Source of the DNA: Alphaproteobacteria bacterium
Lineage (GTDB): Bacteria > Pseudomonadota > Alphaproteobacteria > UBA828
Assembly: GCA_965220745.1 (NCBI GenBank)
Contig: CBDCQT010000010.1
Span: 384,001 to 448,000, forward strand
Reading direction: 5' to 3'
Length of the DNA stretch: 64,000 nucleotides
Within the stretch, counting starts at the first letter, position 1. The number at the start of each line of letters is the position of its first letter. The notes under the pieces were generated by a model. That model did not search any database. It saw nothing but the letters and a program-made list of their open reading frames with translations, and was not told the DNA's origin. Positions 29,577-38,558 of this stretch are shown here, one piece after another. Made by a program: the position numbers and the translations under genes.

Positions 29577-30659
29577 ATGAATATCGCTGCGAAGCCGGCC
29601 GAGGTCTCGGCTGCCAAGACCGGCGCCCGCATGAAAGAGGCCACGGTGTGGGCCCTGCCTGCCCGATGGTACGCGGACCCCGAGATCTACGAGGCCGAAC
29701 GGCGGAACATCTTCGGGCGCCAGTGGCTCTGGATCGGGCGCGAGGCGGAGGTCGCCGAGCCGGGCCAGTACGTGACGGCCGCACCCGCCGGATTTCCGCT
29801 CTTCGTGCGCCGCGCCGAAGACGGCACGCTGCGCGCGTTTCACAACGTGTGCCGGCACCGGGCGTCGAAGCTGCTGACCGAGCCAAGCGGGCGGTGCAAC
29901 ACCATCGAGTGCCCCTACCACGGGTGGCGCTATCGCTCGGACGGCGCGCTCGACCATGTGCCGCTGTTCGGCGAAGCACCGGATTTCCCGAAGGACGAGC
30001 TGTCGCTCTTCCCCGTCGCGGCAGAGGCCTGGCGGGGCCTCCTCTTCGTCTGCCTCGACCCCGACGCGCCGCCGCTCCTCGACTGGCTCGGCCCGATCGA
30101 GGAGGCCTTCGCGCGGACCGCGCCGGCGCGGGTCAACTTCGGGCGGGAAGCGACGTACATGGTCGCGTGCAACTGGAAGACCTACGTCGACAACTACCAG
30201 GAGGGCTATCATATCCCGCCCCTGCACCCCTCGCTGCACCGCGACCTGGACTGGACGCGCTACCGGGTGATCAACTTCGAGGGCGGCAGCCTCCACGACG
30301 GGCCGCAGAAGAAACGCTCGAAGCATCCGGGAAGCTACGGCTGGCGCTTTCCCAATTTCGCGTTCAACTCGTACCCGGACGGGGTCTCCTTCATGCGGAT
30401 GGAGCCGGTCGGCCACGCGCGGACCCGCCTCGTCTATCAGTTCTGGACACCGGACGGAGCCGGCCCGGCCGAGCTGGAGGCGGCGGCCGCTTACGGTATC
30501 CAACTGGCCAAGGAGGACATCGGGATCGTGGAGGTGGTCCAGCAGAACCTGAACGCCGGCATGTACGAGCGGGGGCCGCTGAGCCCGCGCCACGAGAACG
30601 GGCTCTTTCACTTCCACCAGATGGTGCGCGAGGCCGTCGGCCCGGCGGTGGAAGGTTAG
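29577..30659 (+). CDS. Rieske non-heme iron oxygenase alpha subunit (choline/betaine monooxygenase-like)
   Basis: NVCRHR...CPYHGW Rieske motif; NWK.YVDNYQEGYH..PLH and ED...E.VQ mononuclear-iron motifs. Confidence 0.88.
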   Translation: MNIAAKPAEVSAAKTGARMKEATVWALPARWYADPEIYEAERRNIFGRQWLWIGREAEVAEPGQYVTAAPAGFPLFVRRAEDGTLRAFHNVCRHRASKLLTEPSGRCNTIECPYHGWRYRSDGALDHVPLFGEAPDFPKDELSLFPVAAEAWRGLLFVCLDPDAPPLLDWLGPIEEAFARTAPARVNFGREATYMVACNWKTYVDNYQEGYHIPPLHPSLHRDLDWTRYRVINFEGGSLHDGPQKKRSKHPGSYGWRFPNFAFNSYPDGVSFMRMEPVGHARTRLVYQFWTPDGAGPAELEAAAAYGIQLAKEDIGIVEVVQQNLNAGMYERGPLSPRHENGLFHFHQMVREAVGPAVEG

Positions 30660-30662
30660 GCT

Positions 30663-31772
30663 TCAGAGCTCACTGGCCTGATGGACTGAATTATCGAGCC
30701 ATTCCGGGCGGACCGTGATTCCCCAGCCGGGGCCGCCGGGAATCTCGACCGTGCCGTCCTTCGCCACCGGCATTTCGTCGTAGATGCCGTACTGCCAGGG
30801 ATAGAAGTCGGCGCCCTCGATGGAGAACTCGACGTAGGGGCCCGCGTTCTCCAGCGCGCCCATCAGGTGCAGGGTGAAGATGGTGACCAGGGACATGTTG
30901 GCGGCGTGGGGCGTGACCGGCATGCCGGCCGCCTGCGCCATGCGCGCGACGCGAAGGAAGCGCTCGACGCCGCCGACGTAGCAGACGTCGGGCTGGGCCA
31001 CGTCCATGGTCCGGCTTTCGATCAGGAACTGCCAGAGCGTGAGGTTGTTGTCCTGCTCGCCGCCGGTCACGTCCAGGTCGAGCGCCTCCTTCACCTCGCG
31101 CGTCCAGTCCGGCTTCCAGTAGGGGCAGGGCTCCTCGAAGTGGCAGACGTCGTTCTCCTCCAGGACGCCGCGGCCGAGCGCGATGGCCTGCGCCGGTGCG
31201 TAGCAGCTGTTCGCATCGACCAGCAGCGCGACATCGTCGCCGAGCGCGCGGCGAACCGCCCGCACGATCGCCTCGGAGCGGCCCGGCCACTCATCCCTCC
31301 CGCGGCCGCATACCGAGCCCACGCGGAACTTGAAGGCGTCGTAGCCGTGGCGCTCGCGCAGTCTGAGGAAGCGTTCGGCCTCCGCTTCCGGCGTGATCTC
31401 ACGCTGCATGCTGGAGGCGTAGACGCGAAGCGGGCGCGGGGTGCCGCCCAGAAGCTCGCACACGCTCTTGCCCTGGAGCTTGCCGTGGAGGTCCCAGATC
31501 GCGGTGTCGAGCCCGCCCAGCGCCCGGCACAGGTGGGAGCCCGGAAACTTGTGCTCCCGCTCGCAGATCAGATCGAGCAGGTCGCCCAATTGGTCGAGCG
31601 CCGCAATGTCCTGGCCGAGCGCCCAGGGCGCGACCTGCCGGTGGAGCACGGTCGCGGAGATGTCGGCGTGGTAGGTCGAGACCTGTCCCCAGCCCTCCGT
31701 GCCGTCGTCGGCGGTGACGCGCGTGAGCCCGACCTCGCGGGTGCAGAACGTCTCGATTTTCTGAATCTTCAT
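30663..31772 (-). CDS. Mandelate racemase-subgroup enolase-superfamily protein
   Basis: DTAIWDL.GK, KFRVG, DAN, EEP, GEQ, QPD, PH motifs. Confidence 0.88.
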   Translation of the reverse strand: MKIQKIETFCTREVGLTRVTADDGTEGWGQVSTYHADISATVLHRQVAPWALGQDIAALDQLGDLLDLICEREHKFPGSHLCRALGGLDTAIWDLHGKLQGKSVCELLGGTPRPLRVYASSMQREITPEAEAERFLRLRERHGYDAFKFRVGSVCGRGRDEWPGRSEAIVRAVRRALGDDVALLVDANSCYAPAQAIALGRGVLEENDVCHFEEPCPYWKPDWTREVKEALDLDVTGGEQDNNLTLWQFLIESRTMDVAQPDVCYVGGVERFLRVARMAQAAGMPVTPHAANMSLVTIFTLHLMGALENAGPYVEFSIEGADFYPWQYGIYDEMPVAKDGTVEIPGGPGWGITVRPEWLDNSVHQASEL

Positions 31773-31790
31773 CGGCCGGCTCACACGTGT

Positions 31791-32912
31791 TCAGTCAGGA
31801 AAGACGATGACGTGGCGCAGGTGGTGGGAGCGCCGCGCGAGCGCGAGCGCCTCGTTGATTTCGTCCAGCGGTCTGCGCGAGGCGATCAGCTCGTCGAGCC
31901 TGAGCCGGCCGCTCCGGTAAAGCCGAAACAGCTTCGGCACGTCGATGCGGAGCCTGGCATCGCCCATCTTGCAGCCGAGAATCCGCTGCCCGAAGTGCGA
32001 GAGGTCGGTGGCGTTCAGGCTGACCCGCTCGTCGTAAGGCGGCATGCCCACTGCCACCAGCGTGCCCTCCGGCGCGAGCAGCGGCAGCGCCTGTTCGATC
32101 GCTCGAACCGCGCCGACCGCCACCAGCACCACGTCGAAGCCGCGTCCCTCGGTCAGCGCGAGCGCCTTCGCGGTGGCGTCCTCGTCCGTGGCGTCGATCG
32201 CATCCGTCGCGCCGAAGGCACGCGCCTGCTCCAGCTTGTCGTCGGTCACGTCGATGGCCACGAGCGGGAGCGCCCCGGCGAGCGCCGCGCCCTGAACGCA
32301 GTTGAGGCCGACGCCGCCGCAGCCGATCACCGCAACCGCATCGCCCACCTGCACCTTCGCGGTGTTGATGGCCGCGCCGAAGCCGGTGAGCACGCCGCAG
32401 GAGATCAGACTGGCGACATCGTCGGCGACGTGCGCCGGCAGCGTCACGACCTGCGAGGCATCCACCACCACGCTCTCGGCGAAGCCGCCGACCCGGAGCC
32501 CGGCCCGTACCGGGCTGCCCTGCTTATCGGCGAGACGCGGGGCGGAATCGATGGCGTACTCGGCCGTGCACTGAGCGGGGCTTCCGGCCTCGCAGTATTC
32601 GCAGCGCCCGCATGAGCGCAGCAACGAGACGAGGACGCGGTCGCCCGCGCGAATGCCGCCCGGCGGTACGGCCGGGCCGAGGTCGGTGACCACGCCCGCC
32701 AGCTCGTGTCCGAACACGGTCGGCAGGTCGCCGCCCCAGCCTCCGTCCATGTAGGTGATGTCCGAATGGCATATCGAGCTGGCGCGCACCTTGACCCGGA
32801 TCTCGCTGCCCTGGGGCGGCGCGAGCCGCAGCGTCTCGATGGAGAGCGGCTCGCCGAAGGCGCGGCAGACCGCGGCGCGGATCTCGATCGTGCCGGACGC
32901 CATGATGCGCAT
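31791..32912 (-). CDS. Zn-dependent alcohol dehydrogenase (class III-like)
   Basis: ICHSD, FGHE, CGRCEYC..G...QC, ISCG, GCGGVG; start at 32912 or 32903. Confidence 0.9.
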   Translation of the reverse strand: MRIMASGTIEIRAAVCRAFGEPLSIETLRLAPPQGSEIRVKVRASSICHSDITYMDGGWGGDLPTVFGHELAGVVTDLGPAVPPGGIRAGDRVLVSLLRSCGRCEYCEAGSPAQCTAEYAIDSAPRLADKQGSPVRAGLRVGGFAESVVVDASQVVTLPAHVADDVASLISCGVLTGFGAAINTAKVQVGDAVAVIGCGGVGLNCVQGAALAGALPLVAIDVTDDKLEQARAFGATDAIDATDEDATAKALALTEGRGFDVVLVAVGAVRAIEQALPLLAPEGTLVAVGMPPYDERVSLNATDLSHFGQRILGCKMGDARLRIDVPKLFRLYRSGRLRLDELIASRRPLDEINEALALARRSHHLRHVIVFPD

Positions 32913-33140
32913 GATCTCCCGATGTTGAAGGCGAGTGCGGGCGCTCGTTCCCCCCAACCTTGGACGCAGAGTGTCGGCCCGCGTCCTTCCTGACAACCCG
33001 ACGCACGAGCCGATATTGCGCGCGCTGGACGGCTTTGCGAGAGTCGATCCGGCACGCAACGGAACGCCCGAGCGTGCAGGGGAAATCGCCGCCGGAGCAG
33101 GGAGGAAACGACGCCGCTACTGGAGAACAAGGACCTCGCG

Positions 33141-33362
33141 GTGGCCGACATCTACGTGCCGGCCAAGCGCCGCCGCACGCTCAAGCAGGCGACGGTCGAC
33201 TCGCTCGCCGAGAGCATTCTGGAGGACGGACTGAAGGTGCCGATCCTGGTGCGCCAGGACGGCTCGCGCTACGTGCTGGTGGAGGGCCTGCATCGGCTGG
33301 AGGCGTGCAAGGCGCTCGGCGAGGAGCTCATCGCCTGCACCATGGTCCAGGCGCGGAGCTAG
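33141..33362 (+). CDS. Small stand-alone ParB/Sulfiredoxin N-terminal-domain protein
   Basis: VDSLAESILEDGLKVPILVR....YVLVEGLHRLEACKALG; 73 aa. Confidence 0.8.
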   Translation: MADIYVPAKRRRTLKQATVDSLAESILEDGLKVPILVRQDGSRYVLVEGLHRLEACKALGEELIACTMVQARS

Positions 33363-33628
33363 CCCGCATTTCTCACCAAGGTCATGGTCTGCGCGGCGCC
33401 GTCAGGCCGACAGAGCAGGAAAGCCGCGCAGCGCGATGTGGTGCATCGGGCAAGCGGTTTGACGAACTCTGTCGGCCCGAGGGCGCCGCCCTTCGGGTCG
33501 CGTCCAGGCGCCCGCCCACGTCGTCGCAGACCTCAACCGTATTCCCTGATACGCTTTTCGGCCCGCTCCTTGCGGATCGAACGCCTGGACGCGACGCAGG
33601 CCGTGACCTTGGTGAGAAGTGCGGGCTA
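33360..33628. mobile_element. MITE-like non-coding element, ~269 bp, with 34-bp TIRs
   Basis: TAGCCCGCATTTCTCACCAAGGTCATGGTCTGCG (33360-33393) versus CGCAGGCCGTGACCTTGGTGAGAAGTGCGGGCTA (33595-33628), 31/34 match; TA at both ends; partial second copy at 46295. Confidence 0.75.
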
Positions 33629-33673
33629 ACGAACGCGGCAGGCAGGCCGCGATGAGACACGCATGAGGTGCGC

Positions 33674-34675
33674 ATGAGCAAGGTCGGCTTCGGCTTCCTC
33701 GACCGTCCGGGGGTGCGCGAGCAGCTCAGGCTCGCCGCCAAGGCCGAGGCGCTCGGCTACGATTCCCTCTGGGTTACCGAGACCAGGCTCGCCCGCGACG
33801 CGGTCTCGGTGCTTGGCGCCATGGCCGCCACCACGGAGCGGGTGCGGCTCGGCTCCTGCATCGTCAACAGCTGGACCCGCGGCCCGGCGCTCATGGCCAT
33901 GACCTTCGCCACCCTGGACAACCTCGCGCCGGGGCGGATGAACCTCGGCCTCGGCGCCTACTGGGACCCGCTCGCCTGGAAGCAGGGCATCGAGCGCCGC
34001 AAGCCGCTCACCCAGATGCGCGAATACGTGGGCGTCCTGCGTCGGCTGCTCGCTCTCGAAGACGGCGTCACGCATGAGGGCGAGCTGGTGACGGTGCGCG
34101 ACCTCACCCTCGACCTCGGCCACGGCGATGCGCGCGTGCCGCCGGCGGTCAGGATCTTCATCGGCCCGACGGGTCCGCGCATGATGGAGCTGTCCGGCGA
34201 GATCGCGGACGGGGCGCTGATCAACGGGATCCTCCCGCCGGCCTACACGCGCCGCTCGCTGGAGCGCATCGCCGCAGGCGCCGCGCGCGCGGGCCGCACG
34301 CTAGCCGACGTGGAGAAGCTGCAGCTCGTCAACATCTCGATGGACGCGGACCGCGAGAAGGCGCTCTACGACGCCAAGCGCGTCGTGACCCAGTACCTGG
34401 GCCAGCAGCCGCACTTCGCCAAGGCCTGGGAGTACCCGGAAGACCGCCTCGCCGAGATCAAGGATGTGATGGGCGGCTGGCCGCCCCGTCCCGGCGGCAT
34501 CGAGGACGCCATGGCGCTGGTCGACGATGCGCTGGTGGGCGAGCTGATCGCCCACGGCACCCCGGACGAGTGCGTGGCCAGCGCGCAACGCTGGCTGGAT
34601 ACCGGGCTCGATCAGCTCATCCTGATCCCGCTCAGCCGCAACTACGACGAGATCCTGGAGGTCTTCGCGCCGTGA
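33674..34675 (+). CDS. LLM-class (luciferase-like, Mer-type) oxidoreductase
   Basis: AEALGYDSLWVTE, AATTERVRLG, LAPGRMNLGLG, GPRMMELSGEIADG, GTPDEC. Confidence 0.88.
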   Translation: MSKVGFGFLDRPGVREQLRLAAKAEALGYDSLWVTETRLARDAVSVLGAMAATTERVRLGSCIVNSWTRGPALMAMTFATLDNLAPGRMNLGLGAYWDPLAWKQGIERRKPLTQMREYVGVLRRLLALEDGVTHEGELVTVRDLTLDLGHGDARVPPAVRIFIGPTGPRMMELSGEIADGALINGILPPAYTRRSLERIAAGAARAGRTLADVEKLQLVNISMDADREKALYDAKRVVTQYLGQQPHFAKAWEYPEDRLAEIKDVMGGWPPRPGGIEDAMALVDDALVGELIAHGTPDECVASAQRWLDTGLDQLILIPLSRNYDEILEVFAP

Positions 34676-35958
34676 ACGCGGAGGCGTTGCGCGCGGCCGT
34701 GGGCGCGCGGTTGCCGCTGGCCGAATCGCTGTTCGACGAGATTCGCGCTGCGAGCGCGGCGCAAGCCGGCGTGACCCGGCCGGCCTGGAGCGCGGAGGAT
34801 CACTTCGCCAGCGAGCGGCTTGCCGATGCCGCCCGCGCGCTCGGGCTGGAGGCCGCCTACGACCACGCGGGCAACCTCTACTGCACGCTGCCGGGCCGGG
34901 ATCGGAGCGCGCCCGCCGTGCTGACCGGCTCGCACACCGATTCCGTGCCGACCGGCGGGCACTACGACGGGCTTGCCGGCGCGGTCGCCGGGCTCATGGT
35001 GCTGGCCGCGTTCCGCGATGTCGGCTGGCAGCCGGGCAGCGACGTGACCGCCATCGCCACCCGCGCGGAGGAGAGCGTGTGGTTCGGCATCCCGTTCATC
35101 GGTGCCCGTCTCGCGCTCGGCACGCTCTCCCACGATCACCTGGACTCGCTGATGCGCTCGGATACCGGGCGGACGCTGGCGGAGCACATGGCAGACCTGG
35201 GCCTCGATGCCGACGCGCTCCGCCGCGAGGATGGGCCCCGCCTCTCGCCCGCCAACGCCTGCGCATTCCTGGAGCTTCACATCGAGCAGGGGCCGGTGCT
35301 GGTGGCAGAGGGCGCGCAGGTGGCGGTCCCCACCGTCATTCGCGGCAACCTGCGCTGGCCGGGCGCGAGCTGCCACGGCCGCTACGACCATTCCGGGGCG
35401 ACGCCCCGCGACCACCGGCAGGACACGGTGCTGGCCGTGAGCGAGCTCGTGCAGGGGCTGGAGGCATTCTGGATCGCGCAGGAGGAGAGCGGCGAGCCCG
35501 ATACCGTGTTCACCGTCGGCAAGTTCTTCACCGACGGCGCCCACCACGCCATGACCAAGGTGCCCGGCCGCTGCGATTTCACCCTCAACTTCGGCGGCAC
35601 GAGCCAGGCCTTCCTCGATGCCTGCCGGGCCGAGGTCGAGGCCCGCGCGGCCGAGATTGCCGCGCGCCGCCGGGTCACGTTCGACCTCGGTGAGTGCGTC
35701 AGCGCCGCGCCGGCGCCGCTGGACACCGGTCTTCGCGCCGTGCTGGAAGAGGCCGCCGCGGCAATCGAGATACCGACGCGCAGCTTCGCCACCGTGGGCC
35801 ACGACGCCGCCGTGTTCCAGCGCGCCGGCATTCCGGCCGCGATGGTGCTGGTGCGTAACGCCCACGGCAGCCACAACCCGGACGAGGCCATGACGCTGGA
35901 GGACTTCGGCGCGGGCGCCGCGGTGCTCGCGGCCGCGATCGCCCGGCTTGCCGCCTAG
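34672..35958 (+). CDS. M20-family N-carbamoyl-L-amino-acid / allantoate amidohydrolase
   Basis: TGSHTDSVPTGGHYDG, RAEES, FLELHIEQGP, HSGATP, GHDA, SHNPDE; GTG start overlaps the LLM stop. Confidence 0.88.
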   Translation: MNAEALRAAVGARLPLAESLFDEIRAASAAQAGVTRPAWSAEDHFASERLADAARALGLEAAYDHAGNLYCTLPGRDRSAPAVLTGSHTDSVPTGGHYDGLAGAVAGLMVLAAFRDVGWQPGSDVTAIATRAEESVWFGIPFIGARLALGTLSHDHLDSLMRSDTGRTLAEHMADLGLDADALRREDGPRLSPANACAFLELHIEQGPVLVAEGAQVAVPTVIRGNLRWPGASCHGRYDHSGATPRDHRQDTVLAVSELVQGLEAFWIAQEESGEPDTVFTVGKFFTDGAHHAMTKVPGRCDFTLNFGGTSQAFLDACRAEVEARAAEIAARRRVTFDLGECVSAAPAPLDTGLRAVLEEAAAAIEIPTRSFATVGHDAAVFQRAGIPAAMVLVRNAHGSHNPDEAMTLEDFGAGAAVLAAAIARLAA

Positions 35959-35980
35959 CGGTGCGCATGAGGAGCGAGGG

Positions 35981-36352
35981 ATGAGCGACATCCACACCGG
36001 CGGCTGCCTTTGCGGCGGCGTCAGATACCGGGCGATCGGGCCCTTGCGCCAGGTCATCGCCTGCCACTGCGGGCAGTGCCGCAAGACCTCCGGCCACCAT
36101 GCGGCCATGACCTCGGTGCCGCTGGCGCGCTTCGCCCTGGAGGTCGACGAGACCCTGGTCTGGTTCCACTCCTCGGAGAGCGCGCGGCGCGGCTTCTGCA
36201 ACCGCTGCGGCGGCAACCTGTTCTGGAAGCCGGCGGGCGAGAACCGCGTCTCGATCACCGCCGGCACGCTGGACGGCGCGACCGGGCTCGCCATCGAGCG
36301 CCACATCTACACCGAGGACGCCGGCGACTACTACGACGTGCCGGGGCAATAG
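35981..36352 (+). CDS. GFA (CENP-V-like) family protein
   Basis: GGCLCGGVRY, CHCGQCRK, RGFCNRCG Zn motifs. Confidence 0.9.
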   Translation: MSDIHTGGCLCGGVRYRAIGPLRQVIACHCGQCRKTSGHHAAMTSVPLARFALEVDETLVWFHSSESARRGFCNRCGGNLFWKPAGENRVSITAGTLDGATGLAIERHIYTEDAGDYYDVPGQ

Positions 36353-36363
36353 GGAGCAGACGC

Positions 36364-37707
36364 ATGTACGACCTCGTGGTGCGCGGCGACCTCGTGCTCC
36401 CGGACCGGGTGCTGACGGGCGGCTTCCTCGCGGTGCGCGGCGGGGTCATCGGGGCGCTCGGCACGGGCGACGCGCCGGAGGCGGCGGAGACGGTCGATGC
36501 GACGGGCCAGCTGATCTTCCCTGGCGTCATCGACGGCCAGGTCCATGCCGGCAGCTGCGAGGGGATCGCAGGGCTGGGTGATGCCTCGGTCGCGGCGGCC
36601 GCAGGCGGCGTCACCACCGTCGTCGACATGCCCTTCGACGACCCGCTGCCGGTCAACTCGGTCGAGCTGCTGCAGGCCAAAATCGAGACCCTGGAGCGGA
36701 TCGCGGTGGTGGACGTGGCGCTCTACGGCGCACCGAAGAAGGGCGCGGGCACCGAGGGCATCGCGGAACTCGCCGATGCGGGCGTCTGCGCCTTCAAGGT
36801 GTCCACCTACGAGTATCACCCGGTGCGCTTCCCCGGCTACGACATGGGCGAGCTCTACGAGCTGTTCCCGGCGATCCGCGACACCGGGCTTTCGGTCGCC
36901 TTCCACAACGAGGACGCCTCCATCGTCCGCCGCCTGACCCAACGCTTCCTCGACGAGCGGCGCAACACGCCCGAGAGCCACGGCGCAGGCCGGCCGGCGG
37001 TCGCCGAGGTGGTGGCCAATGCCGCGGTCTTCGAGATCGCGCGGGTGACCGGCGTGCGCTGCCACATCGTGCACAGCTCGCTCGCGCGCGGCGTCGAGCA
37101 GGCGAAGCGCTACCGCGAGGAAGGCGTGCGGGCGAGCGCCGAGACCTGCGTGCAGTACCTGGTGTTCGAGGAGGGCCAGGTGCTGACCATGGGCGCGCGG
37201 CTCAAGCAGAACCCGCCCATTCGCCCGGCCCACGAGCGCGAGGCGCTCTGGGAGAAGGTGGTGTCGGACGAGGTGGACTTCGTCTCGTCGGATCACGTGG
37301 CGTGGCCGCTCTCACGCAAGTCGAGCCCCGAGTTCTCGGAGAACGGCTCGGGCGTGCCGGGGTTGGAGACCCTGTTCGCCGCTCTCTATACGGGCATGGT
37401 GACCGAGCGGGGGCTTGCGCCGAGCCGGGTGGCGGCGCTGCTCGCCGAACGGCCGGCGCGGCACTTCGGCCTCTATCCGCGCAAGGGCGCGCTCACGCCA
37501 GGCGCCGATGCGGACTTCGCCATCGTCGCCCCCGGCCCGTGGACCTTCGATGCCGCCGGCATGGCGTCCCAGGTGAAGTGGAGCCCCTACGACGGCATGA
37601 CCTTCGGCGCGCGGGTGACGAGCACGTACGTGAGGGGCACGCCGGTCTACGCCGACGGGGCGGTGATCGGCGCCCCCGGCACCGGCACCTTCATCCGACC
37701 GGTGTGA
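36364..37707 (+). CDS. Cyclic amidohydrolase (allantoinase/dihydroorotase-like)
   Basis: PGVIDGQVH, AAAGGVTTVVDMP, AFK, FHNED, HIVHSS, NPPIR, SSDH, GADADF. Confidence 0.85.
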   Translation: MYDLVVRGDLVLPDRVLTGGFLAVRGGVIGALGTGDAPEAAETVDATGQLIFPGVIDGQVHAGSCEGIAGLGDASVAAAAGGVTTVVDMPFDDPLPVNSVELLQAKIETLERIAVVDVALYGAPKKGAGTEGIAELADAGVCAFKVSTYEYHPVRFPGYDMGELYELFPAIRDTGLSVAFHNEDASIVRRLTQRFLDERRNTPESHGAGRPAVAEVVANAAVFEIARVTGVRCHIVHSSLARGVEQAKRYREEGVRASAETCVQYLVFEEGQVLTMGARLKQNPPIRPAHEREALWEKVVSDEVDFVSSDHVAWPLSRKSSPEFSENGSGVPGLETLFAALYTGMVTERGLAPSRVAALLAERPARHFGLYPRKGALTPGADADFAIVAPGPWTFDAAGMASQVKWSPYDGMTFGARVTSTYVRGTPVYADGAVIGAPGTGTFIRPV

Positions 37708-37758
37708 AAAGGAGCGCTTCAGCACATTTGACTCGAGTCCTCGCCGGGACTGAACCAT

Positions 37759-37813
37759 TGCGTACAAAAATGTGCGCATTTATCATTGACCGACGCGGGC
37801 GGCGTCCCACACT
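37759..37813 (+). promoter_or_regulatory. Probable hicAB promoter with palindromic operators
   Basis: TGCGTACA-AAAA-TGTGCGCA palindrome; TTGACC (37786) and CACACT (37808) with a GACGC..GCGTC inverted repeat in the spacer; the ATG lies 8 nt after the -10. Confidence 0.45.
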
Positions 37814-37821
37814 GTCGCGGC

Positions 37822-38034
37822 ATGAACGGGAGGCAGTTCATCGCGAGGGTTCGCAAGTGGGCAAGAAGTCGGAATCTGGAGGTGCGCTTCGTCGCGTCCG
37901 AAGGAGCCGGTTCGCACGGAACGCTCTATGCGGGTGAGCGCAAGACGACCGTGAAGGACCGGAAGAAGGAAATCAGCAAGGGACTGCTCGCCAAGATGCT
38001 CACCGACCTTGGGATCGACAGGGACGAATTTTAG
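37822..38034 (+). CDS. hicA: HicA-family mRNA interferase toxin
   Basis: 70 aa, basic, GAGSHG motif, EISKGLLAKMLTDLGI C-terminus. Confidence 0.82.
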   Translation: MNGRQFIARVRKWARSRNLEVRFVASEGAGSHGTLYAGERKTTVKDRKKEISKGLLAKMLTDLGIDRDEF

Positions 38035-38072
38035 GGAACGGAACGGCGCAAGCGCCCCCGGAGGCCGAACGA

Positions 38073-38510
38073 ATGCCTGACACCTACAACTATCCTGCCG
38101 AGATCGAGCGGGACGAGGACGGCCGGTATGTCGTCGCGTTCCCCGATTTCGGATGGGGCGCGACGGACGGCGCCACGCGCGACGAGGCGCTCCTCGAAGC
38201 CAAGGATCTGCTGCGCGAGCTGATCGCCACCACGATCCGGGAGGGCGAGGACCTGCCCGAACCATCGCGCGCCGGCAAGGGGAGGCCCCTGGTCGTCCCA
38301 CCGGTGCAGATCGCGCTGAAGGCGGCCCTTTATGAGGCGTGGCGCCAGGCCGGGATTTCGCAACGCCGTCTTGCTCGCGATCTCGACGTTGCCGAGAGCG
38401 AGGTGCGGCGCATGTTGAACCCGGAGCACAGCACCAAGGCCGCAACGATGGACCGCGCTTTGCGCCGGCTGGGAAAACGCGTGACCGTTACCGTCGACGA
38501 AGCCGCCTGA
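38073..38510 (+). CDS. hicB: HicB-family antitoxin with C-terminal HTH
   Basis: YPAEIERDEDGRYVVAFPDF..GATDGAT..EAL; GISQRRLARDL HTH. Confidence 0.88.
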   Translation: MPDTYNYPAEIERDEDGRYVVAFPDFGWGATDGATRDEALLEAKDLLRELIATTIREGEDLPEPSRAGKGRPLVVPPVQIALKAALYEAWRQAGISQRRLARDLDVAESEVRRMLNPEHSTKAATMDRALRRLGKRVTVTVDEAA

Positions 38511-38558
38511 TCCGTTTCCGACACCGGCAGCTTCATCCGCCCTGTGTACGTCAGCGGC

